Origin: Candidatus Eiseniibacteriota bacterium
GTDB taxonomy: Bacteria > Eisenbacteria > RBG-16-71-46 > CAIMUX01 > VGJL01
Assembly (NCBI GenBank): GCA_041946735.1
Contig: JBHGAY010000040.1
Location: forward strand, 1 to 33,959
DNA length: 33,959 bases
Direction: 5' to 3'
The translations under genes were made by a program, and so were the position numbers. Shown here piece after piece: positions 27,856 through 33,959 of this stretch. The notes below the pieces were generated by a model. The model searched no databases and was not told where the DNA came from. It saw nothing but the letters and a program-made list of their open reading frames with translations. The stretch's first letter is position 1; each line of letters begins with the position of its first letter.

Positions 27856-28758
27856 ATGAAGACTCGGATCCTGCAGGCCGTCTTGCTTGCGGCGGCCCTC
27901 GTGTCGTTCAGCGGTGTCGCGTCCGCGACGCCCGATGTCAACAGCGCCGTGATCCAGCTACGGATCTTCAACGATTGCCCGACGTCGGTCGTCACGACCG
28001 ACAACAGCTATCCCACGACCATCACGATCCGCGACAGCCAGGTCAACTGCCAGAGCGGATTCGCGAACCTGCACAATTGGCGGTTCTCGGAGGACGGAGC
28101 GACCCCGGCCGTCTTCAACAACGCCGACGCGTTCCGCTTCGGCGCATGGCTCGTGCTCGACGGCACGCTCAACGGCGAGTCGGGCCTCCAGGTCAGCCCC
28201 TGGTGGTCGCAGGACGTCGACGGCCGCCTGAACGTCAAGGCGGGCGACGGCGAGATCGCCGCCTTCGGCGGCCGGCTCCCGTTCTACTCCTTCACCGCGT
28301 CCCAGGGGCTTACCTACCAGCGCGGGACTCCGATCTATCTCGAGATCGTCTACTACCCGCATGACCTCACTCAGCAGAACCCCGGGACGATCGAGTACAA
28401 GCTGAACTACAACGGCACCGACTACACGAGCGGCGTCCTCGCCTTCGACGAGGGCAACCCCAACGAGCCGTACGGCACCTGGGGGATCCTGGACAACGCT
28501 CGGGTCGGCGCCCATCTCCAGGTTCTCGTCGATCCCAACAATCCCGAGGGCTATCTCGACGCGACCTGGCGGGACATCGTGTTCGAGAAGCTCGACGGCG
28601 CCTGCTGCCTCAACGAGGTCTGCCAGATCCTCCCCGAGGAGCAGTGCCTCAACGCGGGCGGCATCTACCAGGGCAACGCCACCGGCTGCGATCCGAATCC
28701 CTGCGGAACGGCGGTCGAGACCTCGACCTGGGGTCGCGTGAAGTCGAGCTACCGGTAG
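27856..28758 (+). CDS. Secreted hypothetical protein (300 aa): beta-rich domain, six-Cys GACC module and C-terminal TWGxxK tail
   Basis: GGAGGAGG RBS; signal peptide MKTRILQAVLLAAALVSFSGVASA; strongly biased codon use; ends GACCLNEVCQILPEEQCLNAGGIYQGNATGCDPNPC-GTAVETSTWGRVKSSYR*. Confidence 0.85.
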   Translation: MKTRILQAVLLAAALVSFSGVASATPDVNSAVIQLRIFNDCPTSVVTTDNSYPTTITIRDSQVNCQSGFANLHNWRFSEDGATPAVFNNADAFRFGAWLVLDGTLNGESGLQVSPWWSQDVDGRLNVKAGDGEIAAFGGRLPFYSFTASQGLTYQRGTPIYLEIVYYPHDLTQQNPGTIEYKLNYNGTDYTSGVLAFDEGNPNEPYGTWGILDNARVGAHLQVLVDPNNPEGYLDATWRDIVFEKLDGACCLNEVCQILPEEQCLNAGGIYQGNATGCDPNPCGTAVETSTWGRVKSSYR

Positions 28759-28765
28759 CAGTCCG

Positions 28766-28820
28766 GCGGCGGTTTCCGGGGCGGCGGGCCGATCGGGCGC
28801 GCCGCCTGCGGAAACGCCGC
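28766..28820 (+). other. Long imperfect stem-loop after the secreted-protein block
   Basis: GCGGC/GCCGC, GTTTCCG/CGGAAAC and GGCGGCG/CGCCGCC are nested complementary segments. Confidence 0.6.
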
Positions 28821-28931
28821 ATGAACACGACGATCGAGACGAGGGCGCGGCCGGTTTCCAGCGGGAGCCGGCCGCTCCCGTGACGAGCGAGGTGGCGGCG
28901 GCGGCAGGCAGGCGGAGGGGGAGAGGCCAGG

Positions 28932-30185
28932 ATGGCGTCGGTTCGTCTTGAAGGGATCGAGAAGGTCTTCCCGGGAGGTCACGAGGCGCTCGTCGACGTG
29001 AACCTCGAGGTCGCCGACGGCGAGCTGGTCGTCCTGCTTGGGCCGTCGGGATGCGGGAAGAGCACGCTGCTGCGGATCGTGGCCGGCATCGAGGCGCCGA
29101 CGCGCGGGCGCCTCTTCATCGGCAAGGAGGACGTGACCGATCTGCCTCCGCAGAAGCGGGACGTCGCGATGGTCTTCCAGAACTACGCTCTCTACCCGCA
29201 CATGAGCGTCCGCGACAATCTCGCCTTCGGAATCCGGATGCGCGGGCTCGATCGCGCGGAGATCGGCGAGCGCGTGGCGACCGTCTCGAAGAGCCTGGGG
29301 ATCTCCGAGCTGCTCGACCGCAAACCCTCGCAGCTCTCCGGCGGCCAGCGGCAGCGCGTCGCCCTCGGGCGCGCGATCGCGCGCGACGCGAAGGTCTTCA
29401 TGCTCGACGAGCCGCTCTCGAACCTCGACCTCCAGCTCCGGCAGTCGACGCGGCGCGAGCTTGCCCGCCTGCACCGGCAGGTGAAGGTCCCGATGCTCTA
29501 CGTCACGCACGATCAGGAGGAGGCGATGACCCTCGGCGACCGGGTCGTCGTCCTGCGCGCCGGGCGCGTGCTGCAGATCGGCACGCCGATGGAGGTCTAC
29601 GCGAAGCCGCGGAACCTCTTCGTCGCCGGCTTCGTCGGCTCCCCGCGGATGAACTTCCTGCGCGGGCGGCTGGAGCCGGGGGATAGCGTCGCCGACCCGG
29701 CGCGGATCGGCGTGCGCGTCGTCCTCGATCCCGAGGTGAGCGGGCGACCGCAGCCGGGCGTGATCGAAATCGGCGGGACCGCGGCGGGGACCTCGCTACG
29801 CCTGCCTTGCGACGTGATCGCCGGCGTGCGGCCGGAGGATCTCGAGATCGTCGATGCGGAGGAGGGCGCGGCCGCCGACCTGCTCGCGCGCGTCGACCTG
29901 GTCGAGCCGCTCGGCCGGGAACATCTCCTCCATCTCTTCCGCGAGGGGGCCGTGCCGGATGGTGGCGCCGGCCGCGCTTCCGGCGGGGGTGGCGGGACGA
30001 TGGGACCGGGCGCCGCCGCAGGCGCCGGCGCAGGCTCCGGCGCGGGCGCCGAGCTGCGCGTCCTCGCCGAGCCGTCGCGGCGCATCGCCGCCGGCGCGCG
30101 GATCGGGCTTCGCTTGCGGCGCGACCGCCTCCACCTTTTCGATCCCGGGAGCGAGGAGCGGATCGAGGAGCGGATCGTCCGATGA
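28932..30185 (+). CDS. Carbohydrate ABC transporter ATP-binding subunit (MalK/MsmX/UgpC family)
   Basis: GPSGCGKSTLLR, AMVFQNYALYPHM, LSGGQRQRVALGRA, DEPLSNLD, YVTHDQEEAM, FVAGFVGSPRMN, C-terminal TOBE-like GVRPED..VEPLG. Confidence 0.95.
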   Translation: MASVRLEGIEKVFPGGHEALVDVNLEVADGELVVLLGPSGCGKSTLLRIVAGIEAPTRGRLFIGKEDVTDLPPQKRDVAMVFQNYALYPHMSVRDNLAFGIRMRGLDRAEIGERVATVSKSLGISELLDRKPSQLSGGQRQRVALGRAIARDAKVFMLDEPLSNLDLQLRQSTRRELARLHRQVKVPMLYVTHDQEEAMTLGDRVVVLRAGRVLQIGTPMEVYAKPRNLFVAGFVGSPRMNFLRGRLEPGDSVADPARIGVRVVLDPEVSGRPQPGVIEIGGTAAGTSLRLPCDVIAGVRPEDLEIVDAEEGAAADLLARVDLVEPLGREHLLHLFREGAVPDGGAGRASGGGGGTMGPGAAAGAGAGSGAGAELRVLAEPSRRIAAGARIGLRLRRDRLHLFDPGSEERIEERIVR

Positions 30186-31095
30186 GCGTGCTGGAAGGAG
30201 GAGGCGCGGCGGCCGAAAGTGGCGCGGGCGCGGCGCGCGGGGCGGGCGCGGCGGAGCCGCTGGCGAGTCGGCTGCTCGGGAATGGACGTACCACCGTCCT
30301 TTTGACCGAAGCGGGGACCGGTTTCACGCGGTGGGGGGACTTGTGGCTGACCCCCTGGGGCGACGATCCGGTCGAGGATCCGGATGGCTTCTTCGTCTAC
30401 CTGAGGGAGCGTGGGCCCGATCGCCCGCTCTTCTCCGCCGGAGCCGCTCCCTGCGGACTGCCGATCGACGTGCGCTACCAGCGCCCGATCTGGGGGGAGG
30501 AGAGCTTCGGGACGGCACGCAGCGAGCACGGCCTCGAGATCGTGTGGGAGGGATGCGTCCCTCCGAAGCCGGATCTCGACTTGCGCCGGCTCGTCCTGCG
30601 CAACCGCACCCGCCGCCGTCGAGTGATCGAGGCGACCTCGTGCATCGAGATCGTGCTCGCGCCGCTGAGCGCCTTTCGCGCGCACCCGGTCTTCTCGAAG
30701 CTGTTCGTGCAGACGTGGGCGGTGCCGAAGAGTGGGGCGCTCCTGGCCCGCCGGCGCCCGCGCTCGAGCGACGAGGCGACTCCCTGGCTCGCGCATGCCG
30801 TGATCGACGGCCCGATGGAAGGATACGAGACGGACCGCGCGCACTTCTTCGGACGGGGCGGCACGCGCGTGCGCCCGCGGGCGCTCGTCGCGAACGCGCG
30901 CGCCGGGCTGTCCGGGACGACCGGGAACGTCCTCGATCCGCTCTTCTCCATCCGAACGACGGTCGAGCTGGGGCCGGGGGAGAGCAAGAGGATCGTGTGG
31001 GCGCTTGGAGCGGGAGAGGATCGCGAGGAGCTGCTCGGTCGCTTCGAGGCGATGAAGCGGCCGGGCGCGGTCGAGAAGGCCTTCGGGATCGTGCC

Positions 31096-31099
<4 letters not shown>
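30182..31099 (+). CDS. Stand-alone GH94 N-terminal beta-sandwich domain (NdvB/ChvB-like), 305 aa
   Basis: LLGNGRTTVLLTEAGTGFTRWGDLWLTPWGDDPVEDPDGFFVYLRE, EIVLAP..AHPVFSKLFVQT, YETDRAHFFGRG, LSGTTGNVLDPLFSIR match the first GH94N domain of the cyclic beta-1,2-glucan synthase C-terminal region. ATGA overlaps at both ends. Confidence 0.8.

Positions 31100-33959
<2,860 letters not shown>

Overview
High-GC bacterial chromosomal window with all credible genes on the + strand. The protein families suggest an FCB-group lineage such as Ca. Eisenbacteria, Krumholzibacteriota or Latescibacterota (inference only). The left half (1-15.3 kb) is housekeeping and signalling: partial DUF302 gene, tsaD, a REC-GGDEF plus single-domain REC pair behind a sigma54-type promoter, a 32-aa lysine-rich peptide, polB, priA, a TPR lipoprotein, an orphan divergent ilvC, rho-rpmE-prfA-prmC and an ASRT-family gene. 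The right half (15.5-34 kb) is a LacI-controlled, translationally coupled carbohydrate-utilisation locus, most likely for beta-1,2-glucan (GH144, split GH94, GH1, MalK-type ATPase). It has no SusD. Its TonB-dependent receptor is instead flanked by three proteins with T9SS/FlgD-like C-terminal domains, a PorV-like barrel, and a secreted protein ending in a six-Cys 'GACC' module plus a 'TWGxxK' tail. This surface and secretion architecture is the most novel-looking element. No tRNA, rRNA, CRISPR array or mobile element was recognised.
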